The position numbers and the translations under genes are program-made. The notes under the pieces were generated by a model. That model made no database searches and was not told the DNA's origin. It saw only the letters and a program-made list of their open reading frames with translations. DNA of 63,951 bases, counting the filler, from Rhabdomonas costata (lineage: Eukaryota), in assembly GCA_019059605.1 (NCBI GenBank). It is 33 parts of 33 records of this genome, joined end to end, with 100 filler letters (N's around TTAATTAATTAA, not from the genome) between each part and the next. Parts side by side here need not be neighbours in the genome. Positions count along the whole stretch, not along the records: positions 1 to 1,841 come from JAHMHO010008319.1; positions 1,942 to 3,782 come from JAHMHO010008320.1; positions 3,883 to 5,725 come from JAHMHO010008321.1; positions 5,826 to 7,667 come from JAHMHO010008322.1; positions 7,768 to 9,602 come from JAHMHO010008323.1; positions 9,703 to 11,542 come from JAHMHO010008324.1; positions 11,643 to 13,484 come from JAHMHO010008325.1; positions 13,585 to 15,423 come from JAHMHO010008326.1; 25 more parts are not named here. One strand, given 5' to 3'. Within the stretch, counting starts at the first letter, position 1, and each line of letters starts with the position of its first letter. This document shows, one piece after another, positions 1 through 13,984 of this stretch.

Positions 1-1841
1 TCAGTCTCCGACGGCGACGAAGAAAATGAAGCCATGGGAGGTAGCAAACCAAAAAAGGGGGACTATAGAAGCAAATATGAACAATATCATAGGAATATTG
101 GAAGAGGAAGAAATTCATACAACCTTGCTGCACTTAATTTAGCCCTTGGCCCGCACGCATAAAAGGGTCTTGAAAGGTTGAGATGCCGAATCTAAGCAAA
201 TATGGCTTCCCTGCGGCCACAGAGCTTGTCACACATTTTTTTTTAAAGAAAAGTAAACAAAAACCTACAGAATGCGCGTGTTTTCAGCTGTCTTCAGTGG
301 CGATCTCGAAAATTCAGTGTGCCTTCAGTGTGCCTTCAGGACGAAAAAGTTTTGTCTTATGGAAAAAGGATTTTCGGCACTGGTTTCAACTTTCCTAACC
401 TCGTGTTTTTCTGTGGTGGTACACTTGTCCAAAAGGGGCCCATTCACAGCTGCCAGGTAAGATTCCCGCATGCGACGAGCGTAGACCGGGTCATCGGATG
501 AGGACGGGACACTTACGTGACAGTACCGCGAGCATTCCAAGAACATTGTGTTGTGAATTAAGCTCCAAAGCTCGCGGCACATCGCCACAATCCTCCCCGG
601 ACTGCGGTCCACCCGCACCAGTACAAATCCAGCCGCCCACACCTCCCTCCGAGCCGCAATCAGCTCCTCCAGGGTTCAAGAGTCCGCAGCGTCGGCTCCA
701 ACACAGCCGCTGCAGCCTTCTGAGCCCGCTACTCAGGAAAGCCCGCGCGCCGCAAGAACCACGCCGCCGTCTCTTCGAACTGTTTGGCAATCCACTGCAG
801 CCAGGGATACGTGCGACACTGCAGTGACGTAGCGCCAGCCACCTCTCTCCTCCTGCAGCACGCTAGCTGTTGCCAGTTTCGACAGATTGCATGACCTTAG
901 GACCGCGGGACAGACGCAGGCAAAGAACCACAACTGCATTGCCACACGGTCCCAGAGCACGGTACAGATCTGGGGCTCTTTTGCCTGTACCGCCTTCGCA
1001 GTACTCAAGACTTAATAATACTGCTCCGAGGAAAATGGAATACAGCACCCGACCGCAACTGCTGAGAGTCAATGGCACCGTACAAAACAGCGTTCCCATA
1101 GTTGTCAAAATGAGTGAGGCACGCGAACTCTCACACGGACACATAGCGTTGGCATAAGTGGCACATACCTTCCCCTTCTTGTTTGCGTCAGAATATCAGT
1201 ATTGGTGCTTGCCGCGGGCAAACTCGCGGTGGTCTTTGCAATGACGGTCACGTGGTGGACTTGAAGAAGAAAAGAAGGAAGTGACGCAGGAGACGACGTC
1301 ATCTTGGTGGGTGATAGGTTTGTGCCTTCTTGAGGTGCGAGAATCCCACAGCTTCGCCAACCTCAAGTGCTCCCGCAATCTTGCGTTGCACACGTTTTTT
1401 TAGGCCACCTTCGCCAAGAAGGGCGACAGCAGACAGTACACAAAATGCCCCTTCTGGTTAAGGCTCACGTCTACCAGGGGCAGCTGGAGAACTCTCTGCA
1501 CAGCTTCGCAGTGGCAGTGCGGCAGCAGTGGCACCATCTCACGCATCAGCTGATCCGCCTCCGCCGTAGTTTCCTCCGCAGACCGCGCGCGGCTTCGATA
1601 AAGCCGATCCAGCTTCTCGGCCATGTCAACCCACTCCAAGGCTATCGCCGTGTTCCGGAAGACCGCCGCAGTAGAGTCGGGCTTTGCCTCAGCCCTAACC
1701 TTGCTTCTCTGTTGCAGCGGGGTTAGCGGGCACAGCCATTCCACCCGCAGCCACCGCCAAATCTGCAGCACACAGCTGCACGAGAATCCGAAGCTGAGTC
1801 CTGTGCCGAGACTATCACAGGCCTCAGCTCCATCACAACCA

Positions 1842-1941
1842 NNNNNNNNNNNNNNNNNNNNNNNNNNNNNNNNNNNNNNNNNNNNTTAATTAATTAANNN
1901 NNNNNNNNNNNNNNNNNNNNNNNNNNNNNNNNNNNNNNNNN
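1842..1941. other. Artificial contig linker (first of 32, spaced about every 1.94 kb)
   Basis: N-run + TTAATTAATTAA (stops in all six frames) + N-run, 100 nt, repeated through the window. ORFs containing X or ending in LIN are artefacts of it. Confidence 0.99.
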
Positions 1942-2427
1942 GTTTGTGTTGGGGAAGAAGGACAGTTTGCATTGTCAAAGTGGTCACAGTGCCGCAGCAC
2001 AGAACGTATTTACTAGCCAATCAATGACTGGATGAAAAAAACGCCAGGTACCCGGCAGCACCTCCCTTACTACTTATATGCCGGATGTAAAGCAGTGCCT
2101 CCCTTTCTCTTTTTCACTCCCCCCTGTTGCATTGGTGCTTCTACTGCTGCTACTGCTTCTACCACTATGTTCCAGAATTGGGCTTTGCTTTGAACACTCT
2201 GTATCTCTGTATATTGTAGGGGGAGGAGGAAAAATGTGCACTCTGTATCTACATGTCTTTGTTGTTTTTGCGCTATACGATTATCGCCGGGCCATAAACA
2301 AGCTATTTGGTCCTTTTCGCCCTGCACATTTTTTTTTACGAACAAAGTCACAGCACGGCGGCACAAAGGTTCTTGCAGCAGCAGGGGTCAGCACCAGACA
2401 GCTTTTACAAGAGGAAACGCAAGGAAA

Positions 2428-2541
2428 ACCAGTATGGATGGCAAAAGGCTAACACACAAGGTTAGCTCATCCCGAGTAAACTTTGGGAACTCGCAAAAGC
2501 GGTCCCTCCAATCCCGAGACGGCGAGGCGCAACATAAAACA
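2428..2541. repeat. ~114-bp direct repeat, copy 1
   Basis: ACCAGTATGGATGGCAAAAGGCTAACACACAAGG...GGCGAGGCGCAACA, near-identical to 3669-3782. Confidence 0.95.
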
Positions 2542-2921
2542 TTTTTGACAAGAGAGCCCGTCCGCTGAGGACGAGCAACACGCAACACAAAAAGCACCCC
2601 ACAAAGAGAAGGTTGTCAAAGAGGCCACGAGCAATGGGATGATGAGTTCAACACCGCAACCAGGAGGGGGAATTTCTAAACTGACCCTTAAGCGAATTCA
2701 CTCGCTTACACTCTGGTTCTTAACAACTGCAAGTAAACGTGCAGGTTTACTTGAAGGAGGGTCGTTCTTTGAATCGTTCTTTGTATCGTTCACAAACCAT
2801 ATGCAGTTGCCAGTGTTCAGTGGGATTATGGTTTAGGGCACCGTGACGGGTGATGCCCATTACCCTACCATTCGGAAGAGGAATAATTTGAATTCTGGAA
2901 GGAAAGGTCACACTGCAAAAC

Positions 2922-3174
2922 CTTTAGCTCCTGATCAGTGTTCCCGCAAAGCTCCAAGGCAGTGGAGTACAGTGCCCGCGCCAAGTGGAGGTCGCCGTGG
3001 GCGAACACGGCGTTGGCGTGCTCCTTGACCCAAGACGCCTTCTGGCAGAGCTCTGCCAGCAGCCCCTCGCGAGGTGCGCCACCTCCACTGCTGGTGCTCT
3101 CGTCACGAACGTCAGTGAGGTTCTCGGACACGGCTGTGAGTGGAGAGGACCGAATGTTCCCTCTGAACAGAACT
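2922..3174 (-). CDS. TPR-repeat protein, internal exon
   Basis: WVKEHANAVFAHGDLHLARALYSTALEL fits the TPR pattern K..GN..F..G....A...Y..AL. GT donor after ...QELK (AAG|gttttg). The 5' boundary is approximate. Confidence 0.6.
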
Positions 3175-3668
3175 GACAGGAGCACTAACGGGCAACAATG
3201 GCATCGCCAAGTCCTAGAAATTCAAAAGGGCACTAGGGGGGCTGTGGAAGGAATCAACTGAATGGTTCTCTCAAACATAAGGGCTTCTCCGTTTGCGCTT
3301 CGTTATAGTCTCTCTCCCTCTTGGTGCCCGGAGGAAGGGGAGTACAGAGAGAGAGGAGAAAGAGACCGCTTTGGGCATGTTCGCGTTTCGGAAGTTCCCT
3401 GTGTTCCCTGTGCTTATGCACACCAAAACTCACAGAGATTAAGGGCCCAGGGTGTGACGTCCCAAGTGAAGGTGAAAAAAGTCCCCAATAAAAAAGAGAG
3501 ATTCTTGTCACAATCCTTCCTGTCACACAGCAGAAGTCCTGAATCTTCTTTGGTTCGTTCGTTCATTTGATGTGAACTCTGTGTTTTTTTTGGGGGGGAG
3601 GGTTTCGATAGTGGACCCGGCTGTCTTTTTCACAGTTGTCCAGGAACTTGGCGTGTGCCGTTTTAAGT

Positions 3669-3782
3669 ACCAGTATGGATGGCAAAAGGCTAACACACAA
3701 GGCTAGCTCATCCCGACAAACATTGGGAACTCGCAAAAGCGGTCCCTCCAATCCCGAGACGGCGAGGCGCAACACAAACACA
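3669..3782. repeat. ~114-bp direct repeat, copy 2 (runs into the contig end)
   Basis: Near-identical to 2428-2541 with a few differences. Confidence 0.95.
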
Positions 3783-4762
3783 NNNNNNNNNNNNNNNNNN
3801 NNNNNNNNNNNNNNNNNNNNNNNNNNTTAATTAATTAANNNNNNNNNNNNNNNNNNNNNNNNNNNNNNNNNNNNNNNNNNNNGTTGGTGGGGGAATGGCC
3901 AGAAAGGTCATTTGGCCAAAAGGAAGTGGAAGTGGAAGTTTGTGTTCTGGGCAGGGATTGAACCCTTTCTAAGGACAAGATTCGGTTTCCGTTCCATCCG
4001 GCATTAGCGGTGCGAATTGGAAAGGAAGAAGCAACCATCGTACCCACCGTGGTAATGGGTGGGATGTGCTCTTCTTCTGGATCGCGTTATGCCTTACCGT
4101 GGAGGGGGGGTACATTCCAGTGCCTTAGCTTCGAGTGTGGCCTGTGGGGAATTGCATTTGAGACCCGGGCCATCTTTCGCATAGTGCCACCCCTGGGCAG
4201 TGGCGTCCCGCTTGCCCAAGGCTCTTCTTTCTGCGTGCCGGCAGCCTTGCTGTCTCTGCCTCCATCGCTGCGCAGACGTGACACACAGCAGTGCTTCCGC
4301 AAGGACTCTATATTTGCGAGATCTATAATCCTTCCCACAATGATGGGAAGACCACCTTGCTTTGGCTGCCCCAATGCATTCACTTTTTGTGCGTTAGCGG
4401 GGGTGATGGGTGGACTTCCTCTGGGGGCTTCAGCGCTACGCGAACTTGAAGATGGTGGTGCGCCTACCGCGCGCCAACACATGCGGCGCACTAATCCAAT
4501 GAGTTTGGGTCGTGCGGAATTCCCTGATGTCCCACCTCTTGTGAATTGGCGGTTCTTTCTTTAGTGGCCTGGTTTCCGTCACTGGTGCTGGCCGGGTCTC
4601 TGAGGGCATTCCACCTCTTACTCCTCCAGGGGGCTGGTGTTCTGTCCGGTCGGTACTGGCGTGCCCCGTTCGGATGATCGTGCGTCGCTTTCTCTCACAG
4701 CAGGAAGACGTGGAGAATGTTCCCTCCCTGAAAAAAGGTGCAGGCACACAACCACAGCGGGT

Positions 4763-5148
4763 ATGGTGAAGACAGATGCGAACACTGCCGTGGATATACT
4801 GGCCAAACAGGGCTGCGGAATTTACGAGGACGGGCCTTCGCATGTTCGAATCTTCTTCTACTGCTTGACCTCATTCACCACCGACCCGAAGGTCCTTGCG
4901 GGCTTCAGGGCAGCGGCTCAGGGCCTACGAGGTGAATGGGCTGTGGGACTACGATGTTCGGGAGCTGTCGGTGTACTCCAAAGAGAGAGAAGTTAGTTGT
5001 TGCGGAATTCGTGGTTGCGGTGGATGTGCAGTTCCTGTACCGCCACGAGGCTGCTGTGGGAGCAGCTGTGTGGGAATTGCATCCCGGGCTGGTGAGCGTG
5101 GTGGACGCGTGCAACCTGGAGGCGATCCCCTTTCTCAGCGGAACGGAG
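4763..5148 (+). pseudogene. Possible frameshifted ADP-ribosyltransferase (R-S-E type) domain fragment
   Basis: FFYCLTSFTTDPKVLAGF (S-x-T motif) in one frame, then YDVRELSVYSKEREV (S..Y..ExE motif) in another frame, then a further frame change. Confidence 0.35.
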
Positions 5149-8100
5149 GTCTTTTTCATTGCAGTGTTGTACCAGATGGGCATGTCTATTCTCTTCAGCC
5201 GTACGAATCGTCGATGGCCTCATCGGAAATGGTAGGGGGGCTTACCGCTCGACTCTGTTGTTTTTTCCCTTAGAAAGAAAACAGCCTCGCGCCGTAAGGA
5301 ATATGAACAAAACAAGAAAACTGAAGCGTTGCATGACAGGACCACTCAGCTCTGCCCAAGGTTCTCGCCAACCATGCCCTGTTCGTCAACAACGTCGTGC
5401 CGCACGTCTCATATCTCCCCTCGGGTCGCTTCGTGAGAGACACTGTAGTCGGCGCTGGCGGACCATTCCGCCACCATGAGCTCGGGCCGGGTGTTGCGGT
5501 TTGACCCCTGCATCATCGCCTCCCGGTCCTCCTACACTCCGGTCTTTCTCCCTCCCTATCTTTCCCTTTCTCTCTCTACGGTCAATTTAGTGTACTGGCA
5601 CAAAGATATGGCTATGAGAGCCATCCCTATATTCTCATGGATGCAAGGCATTTGAACGTCTTCATTGGCCGTCAGCTGTTTGCTGTCGAAAAACAAAACG
5701 CCCAAATAGCTTTGTCTTCCGCCGANNNNNNNNNNNNNNNNNNNNNNNNNNNNNNNNNNNNNNNNNNNNTTAATTAATTAANNNNNNNNNNNNNNNNNNN
5801 NNNNNNNNNNNNNNNNNNNNNNNNNCCACGAAGACCTGCCACGAAAAAGAGCGAGAGGTGAGAAAACGTCTCACTGTGCCTTGAGGTGCCATATGCGTCC
5901 CAAGCTGTGGGTTAACTGGGAAAAATCAAAATGGGAAGACTGCCACCACAAAACTGCAAAGGCAGACCTCCTCGGTTGGTTTTGCGCTCGTCGTACTCAG
6001 CCTGGGTGATTAGGCCAGCGTCTAGCAGCTGACCAAGCCGGGCAAGGGCACCGTCCGGCATGGGGGGGAGGGCGGAAGGAAAAAACTGCAGCTTGTATCC
6101 GGTATCACTCGGTTTGACTCTGGAGGCAATGAGAAAGCAAACAATGAAGCCAAACTCCAGGACTGAAAGGCCAAAAAAAAAGGATAATGGATCAAGGGAT
6201 CAATGTCAGAGCACAGTAGAGTGGAGAGAGTTGCTGCCTAACGCTCTATTTCAGAACATAGAGACCCGGCAATTACGGGAGGTTCCCGGTGTGACCTCGG
6301 CCGGAGCGCCTCTATCTTCTGGCTTCCGGCTCAGACCTGGTGACAAAAAACAAAAGGCCCCGAGGGGAGTCACCACCTGATGGGCTTACAATTGCTATTA
6401 AAACAACAATGAAAAAATGTCAGAATATTTCTTCATGACCCACTCAGAGGGCCAGGAAGATTTTCTATGCCTTTTGGATAATCAGCACGCCCCCCGAATA
6501 TCTTATCCATTATTTCGTAATCGACTGCTTTCCACCTCTCATTTACGGGGATTTCTTTTGTTGGCCCCAAGGTGGCGAGACTTGAGATCAATTTTTTCAT
6601 GATGAACCATCATGATTCTTCAAGAAAAAATCCGTATCAAATACTAAACCGATATTCTCGGGCCACCGCTGCACACGGCTACTGACACAACACAGTAACA
6701 AAACGCGCGACAGAAAACGATGGAGGAAGAAAAGGCAAGGCGCACGCAAATCGGAAGGATTCTTTTTGTGCGTGCATTGGTTTTCTTGCTCTGTGCTGCT
6801 GAACACATGACGCCGAATACCCGCTTATCTTTGATAAATCCGTGTTAAATATGCTTTGACGTATCTCAGTTTCATCGAAACGCTCCTCCTGTTTGCCAAG
6901 TCAAGAATGGAGTCACGTAAAGCGCCCAGTAAACGAACAAAATCGCTACCGCACAAGAAAATGTCCGAGACAAACAACAAATTCACAAACGGGCTAGCAC
7001 GTGATTGGCAGCGTCCTCAGTTCCCTTCGCCTCACTGTGTGCCGTTCTTGAGGGCATCCCGGAACATTAGAGCTTGCAGCGGTCGTTTCCACAAAGTCTT
7101 CCGGAAGGAAGGAAGTGCAACAGATTCCTGGTGCAGTAGCGGGGTTTCCTCCGAAAAGTTTGGCTGGCCTGGGGAGTCGGCCATGACAAAACAAGAGGAT
7201 GTACCTTCCGAGCTTTGAAGTACCCTGAGGGGGGCTTCCAAAGGAGAGTGAGTGCAACCACGGTACAGAGCAGCTATTTCGTGAAGTATACGAAGGCACA
7301 AAGACTGCAAGAAAGGAATACTGCACCCACGGTGACGGTTGAATGGCATCCAATAAACCTACCTCGTATGCCAAGCAGCACAGTACATTTAGAATTGTGA
7401 TGAGAACAATGAATCTGGTGGAAGCAAGTGCCAAAAACCCTGGTTTCCGAAAACCGTAAGAGCCAGCCCAAATAAACACCTCAACCAGGGAGAGGCTGAC
7501 GACAAGGAAGGCGAGACCTGTGTGCAATGGAAAAGAGACAGGAGGGGGTCAGCGAAAGCGTGTGTTATAGCAAACGTTTCTTGGCAACAATCCGGTTTCG
7601 GGTGAGAAGGATTCTTAATAGTTTAAATTCTACAAAATGCCAAAAAACGTTTGCTATAACACACACCNNNNNNNNNNNNNNNNNNNNNNNNNNNNNNNNN
7701 NNNNNNNNNNNTTAATTAATTAANNNNNNNNNNNNNNNNNNNNNNNNNNNNNNNNNNNNNNNNNNNNGGGTTTGGGTAGGGTTAGAACAAGTACAGATTT
7801 ACAAGCCAAGGGCCATATCGCAAACATATTCGGAATGCCTCCCAAGACTTCGGCCAGTGATAGAGAAGCAGGTAAACAGCAACCAATCTCGATCTACAGA
7901 AAAATACACTATTGATTCCACTGGTAGTGAGGCAAAGCAAAAGCAAAAAAAAAAAACCAACGGAAAGGTCCCTTCCGGCAGGGCACTTTAGTGGGGAACC
8001 ATGACTCAGACACTTTGTCAGTGGCCCTACATCTAAGCAAAGAAACCAAGGATGAGGCGACGTTGCCATCAGCGTTCGATAGAGAAGAAGAGATGCAACA

Positions 8101-9893
8101 CCTTGACTAGTGGAAAGCTGCGGTTCCCGCTCAGCAGAACATGGGTGTTCGCCCCCGCGGAGGTCGCGGTGGCCTCTGTGGGGAACCCCGCGCCGAACCC
8201 CAAGAAGCCCTCCCACATGAAGTGCTGAGTCCGCAGTGGGGTGTAGGCCCAGCACAGCCCCAGCGGGGCCAGCGCCAGGGCCACCAAAAGGGCGGAATTC
8301 CGGGTGGCTTGGCTGTGACCCAGCCCGGCAGAGTCTGGGGTAATCGTGACAAAGCTGCGGCAGGTCGGAGGAAGCGCAGGAAGCGGCTGAGCGTGCATCC
8401 GAACGGGTTGAAACCCTGCGACAAACATACACATATCGATTTCAGTGCTGAACGCTACCCCACACCCCTGACCCGATGCTCACAAGTGCGTGGTGACACA
8501 CTGAACGTTTTACAGGGAGTAAGATTGTGTTCCCAGGAGTTTCGTCCGCAAGACATCTCCGTCAGGAATTAAATTGGAACTTGAATAATAGGACCGGAGG
8601 AGTGAACGTTGCTAACGTGAGTCGATTTTGGTAGTGCTCCGATAAAGAAAACTCGCGAAGGGAATAGGACATCCGTGGCCAAGCACGTCGCCCCGACTCC
8701 GACCATCTCAAAACCATGAAGTGGATTTCGCGGTGTTGGATTGGGCGATGCTGCAAGAGCAGAAGGTTGTATCACTTACCATGGATCTATCCAGAAAACT
8801 AGGAATCCCGTACACTCGCACCCATAATCCTTTGAGATAAGATGGGGAAGAAAGGTGGGCAAGCGCCATTACCTTGTAGTTTGCTGCGGCTTTCAAATGG
8901 GATCTGCCACAAAACACCAACCAAAAAGTGAACCGAAACCACACAGAGGGCAAGATCAAATCGTCAATGAAACAAGTTCACTATGAGGGCTGCAAGCACC
9001 ACTCCTTTCCTGATACAACCCGCCCACACACATCGTATCAAAGCGAAAAGGAAACACCGCAGATTCAGAAGGCTCTCATATTTCTGTACCACATTCACAA
9101 GCCATGCAACGACACGCCACGGGGAGCCACGGGGAAACGATTAAGTGGAGAAGGAAAGTGTGCGTCGGCAAGCGAGGAAGAAAGGTACCACAGTGGGCGT
9201 CCTGAGCACAGTGGGGGCAAGAGTCGCGGGAAGGGAGTCGTCCCTCAGGGCCACCGTGTGAGTGGCCATCCAAACCATTGCCAAGGCGCCGGCAACCACG
9301 ACCAGAGCACGCCGAAAGCCATGGCAGGAACGAAGAGAGTAAAGCGCTCTATGGAGCGCAGACATTCTGCTGAATCAGGTAGCCACAGGAGCAGAGGTGG
9401 CGCTTTTCTTGAGTGCAATAACCCAGTTGGTAGAAATGCGGCTATGCATCAGCAGCATTCTTCGGAGTAGACTGCGCCCATTTGCGATGTGTGTAACTTA
9501 TCCACCAACAGAGGATAGCGCTCACCAATCGTCATTACGAGACCGGGCGGAGCGAACTCCGCACGACCCATTTCAGGTAAAAAAATAGAGATCAAAAAAA
9601 ACNNNNNNNNNNNNNNNNNNNNNNNNNNNNNNNNNNNNNNNNNNNNTTAATTAATTAANNNNNNNNNNNNNNNNNNNNNNNNNNNNNNNNNNNNNNNNNN
9701 NNGTGTGGGGTGTGTGTGGTGGTTTGTGTCTTGACTGCGCTGCCTTCGTTGCCGTGCTGGGGGCTGGATCGCTGTTATTATTTTCAGATCGCCCGTTCTT
9801 TCTGCCCTGGAGTGGATGGTTTGTGTGGCTCTTGGGTTGGAGTGTAAGAAGCAGTTGGGAAGGGGCGCGCGGGCCATCGGCGCGCACGCATAG

Positions 9894-11171
<1,278 letters not shown>

Positions 11172-12362
11172 GCGCGACGTGCGCGCACGCAGATCCACTG
11201 CGACATCTCTGGACATCCTCACTCCTTTCCCCGCTCCCCAACTCTGACCCAAATCTGCCCCAGCACGCCTTCTTCCCTTCCCTTCCCTTTGCTTCCCCGC
11301 TTTCTAGCGACCACAGCCTGCCCTTCATTTGTACGCTTCCTTGCGGGATCTCCACAGGTAGATCCCACGGGCTCTCTCTCTCTCTCTCTCTCTGCTCCTC
11401 CCTGTCTCGCTGCCTCACTTGGTTCCTCTCTTTATTGCTGGGAGGTGGCTCTGTATTGTGATCCGCATGTGTTTTTGAGCTCTCCTTTTCTGCGTGAGAA
11501 AGCAAAGCTGAAATGTGATCATAGAGCGAAAGCAAACAACACNNNNNNNNNNNNNNNNNNNNNNNNNNNNNNNNNNNNNNNNNNNNTTAATTAATTAANN
11601 NNNNNNNNNNNNNNNNNNNNNNNNNNNNNNNNNNNNNNNNNNGGGGGGTTTGCCCCCTCAGCGGCTTTTTGTCGCTTTTGGTAGGGTTTGTGGTTCCAGG
11701 AGCCTCTTGTAATATGGGTTGGGTGGGGGCGTTTAAAATGCTCACATCACGATCATAAACCCGCACTCAATTGTGTCTGTCTGGGAGGCAAAAAACCCTA
11801 TGAGACGCCTTTTCAAATACATTTAGAGGTACTGGACGCTGTTTACCTAACCCCCAGTCCTACAAAAGACATCCTAAAAAGAGTACCAATCGGCCGTTTG
11901 ACAGTACTAAACGTGTAGCAGAGCAAAACGGAGAATCGCCCACCCATGGAACGTCCCGATCTCCGGCCGCGCTGCGGCGCCTGCCTTCGCTGGAAAATCT
12001 TGTCAAAGACTGGCAACAACAACTTTGAAAGAACATACACTCGAAATATCCCAAATGTTCCTGTAGGTGAAACCAACTTGATGCCACAATTTCTCAGACC
12101 CTCAACCCGGGAATCGGGCCCGTGAATGAAGCCCAAAGCTGACCCCCGAAAATAAACAGCAAAAAAAAGGTGACATTCTATTTTCTTTTTCCCCATAGTC
12201 TATGTGTGGCTGTGCACTTTTCGAAATGGGTGGCCCATCACCGCTGCGTTCAACCCTCACATCATGCCAGAAATCCTGGCAGGGCCGGGTTCAAGTAGTG
12301 CTTTTTTAAGGCAGAGTTCCGAACGACGAACTTACAGTCCTTGTTGAATAGCTGTAGAGCAC

Positions 12363-12616
12363 CTCCGGTTCCGCCGATGACAACGATCTGGGAGCCGAAC
12401 ACCGCGCAGCCCGGGAACTCCCGCTTGGAAAAGCCCGCCGAGGAGGTGCCTTGGGTCCATGACACCGCATCACGGCTCCACCACACGTCGTTCAGGGAAC
12501 CCAACTCTGGGGAGTGCCCAGCCATTACCAGAAGCACCCCCTCGAAACTGACGGCACAGTGCCTCCATCGGACAGGGAACGCCGACGTTGGTGTCCAAGT
12601 AAAGCACGAATACGCT
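12363..12616 (-). CDS. Kelch/beta-propeller repeat protein exon
   Basis: FPVRWRHCAVSFEGVLLVMAGHS...LNDVWWSRDAVSWTQ...FSKREFPGCAVFGSQIVVIGGTG gives two kelch-like blades, followed by a GT donor. Confidence 0.7.
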
Positions 12617-13984
12617 GGCAGGACACAAACACATCAAAATCACCATTTGCTCATTCGAGGAAGGCCCGTGCCCAACATAAGAGCACTTCCCAGGTGGAAA
12701 CCATTTCAAAGGGTGCAATGCAGTGCCTTTTTTGGACTATGGGATTGTGTGTGCGCGCGCGATGGACTGACACCACCTGAAGGACACCACCTGTCGGCAG
12801 GGAAACACACTTGCAAAACCACTCATCTCGATTCACAAGGCGCGAAAAATTGCGTGCGTTGTTTCCAGTCCCGCGGTCCGGGCGCAGGATGGGTGAGAGC
12901 CGTCTACTTCCCACTTCCGCTCTCTTTCCGGGTTTGGACAGGGAGGATGACCCTCGCGACGGCATGATAATCCCACACAAATTCCGCCTTGGACCGCAGG
13001 GGGCATAGTGGCCTGTATTGTGGTGAGCCGGCACCCCGCGGCGGCAGCTTTATTAAACCCACCGTGCGAGCGACCTGGCTGCGCGCGACTTAGTACACGT
13101 TTACTTTCTTCGCCTTTTCTTTCCCGTTTTCCCCCTTCTCCGTCTCTTTCTTTCGCGTACATGTACACACTTGTACTCGGACTTATGCACAAATGTGAAT
13201 GTGGAGGGGACAGGGAGTTCGACACACTGGACGATTGGGGAATCGCACGTCTTGCCGCAGGAACGAGGGGCCCAGTTGTTGCAGATGAATCTATGCAGGT
13301 CATCGCAACACAGAAACAAAAGGTCGACGGTACAGACGACTTTCAACGCCCATTAAAAAACGGGAAAATCACAAGTAAGTGAAATTCTAAGGGAGTGAAT
13401 TTGCTGTACTGCAGGGTAAGACAAGCATCAATGACGGTGCCATCGCGGCGAAGCATAAGAAAGATCCCGGAGTAAAAACACCACNNNNNNNNNNNNNNNN
13501 NNNNNNNNNNNNNNNNNNNNNNNNNNNNTTAATTAATTAANNNNNNNNNNNNNNNNNNNNNNNNNNNNNNNNNNNNNNNNNNNNATCTTTTGGCTCAGCC
13601 ACTCCCGGAACGCAGTGCCCAATGACCAAACAATGCATTATCGCAGTTGGCTAGGACTCTTCGGTCTGTTCAGAGGAAGGGATAGTTCGGCGTCGAATTC
13701 GCGTTCGAATGGCACCAAAACTCTCGCGCCGTCACAACTTTTCGCATCCTCAATCTTGTTGGCAAAGAGAAGCTCTTTTCAAAAACCTTGATTCGATGGA
13801 GAGGTCCAGGTCTTTGCTGCGACGAGCGCCTATGGGCTGCTCTCCCTGGCCTCCCAAGCCAGCCTTGTGGGATAAAAGCTTATGGAAGGTTTCATACAGC
13901 TGATATGAATGAGGTCAGTGGCTCACACAGGAAGGAAGGGAAATCAAAGAAGTACACAACAGCAGCCACAACAACCACAAGTAC

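Noticed and set aside
5961..6060. HDV-like ribozyme around ACCTCCTCGGTTGG
   Set aside because: An L3-like motif is present, but no compatible P1, P1.1 or P2 pairings were found.
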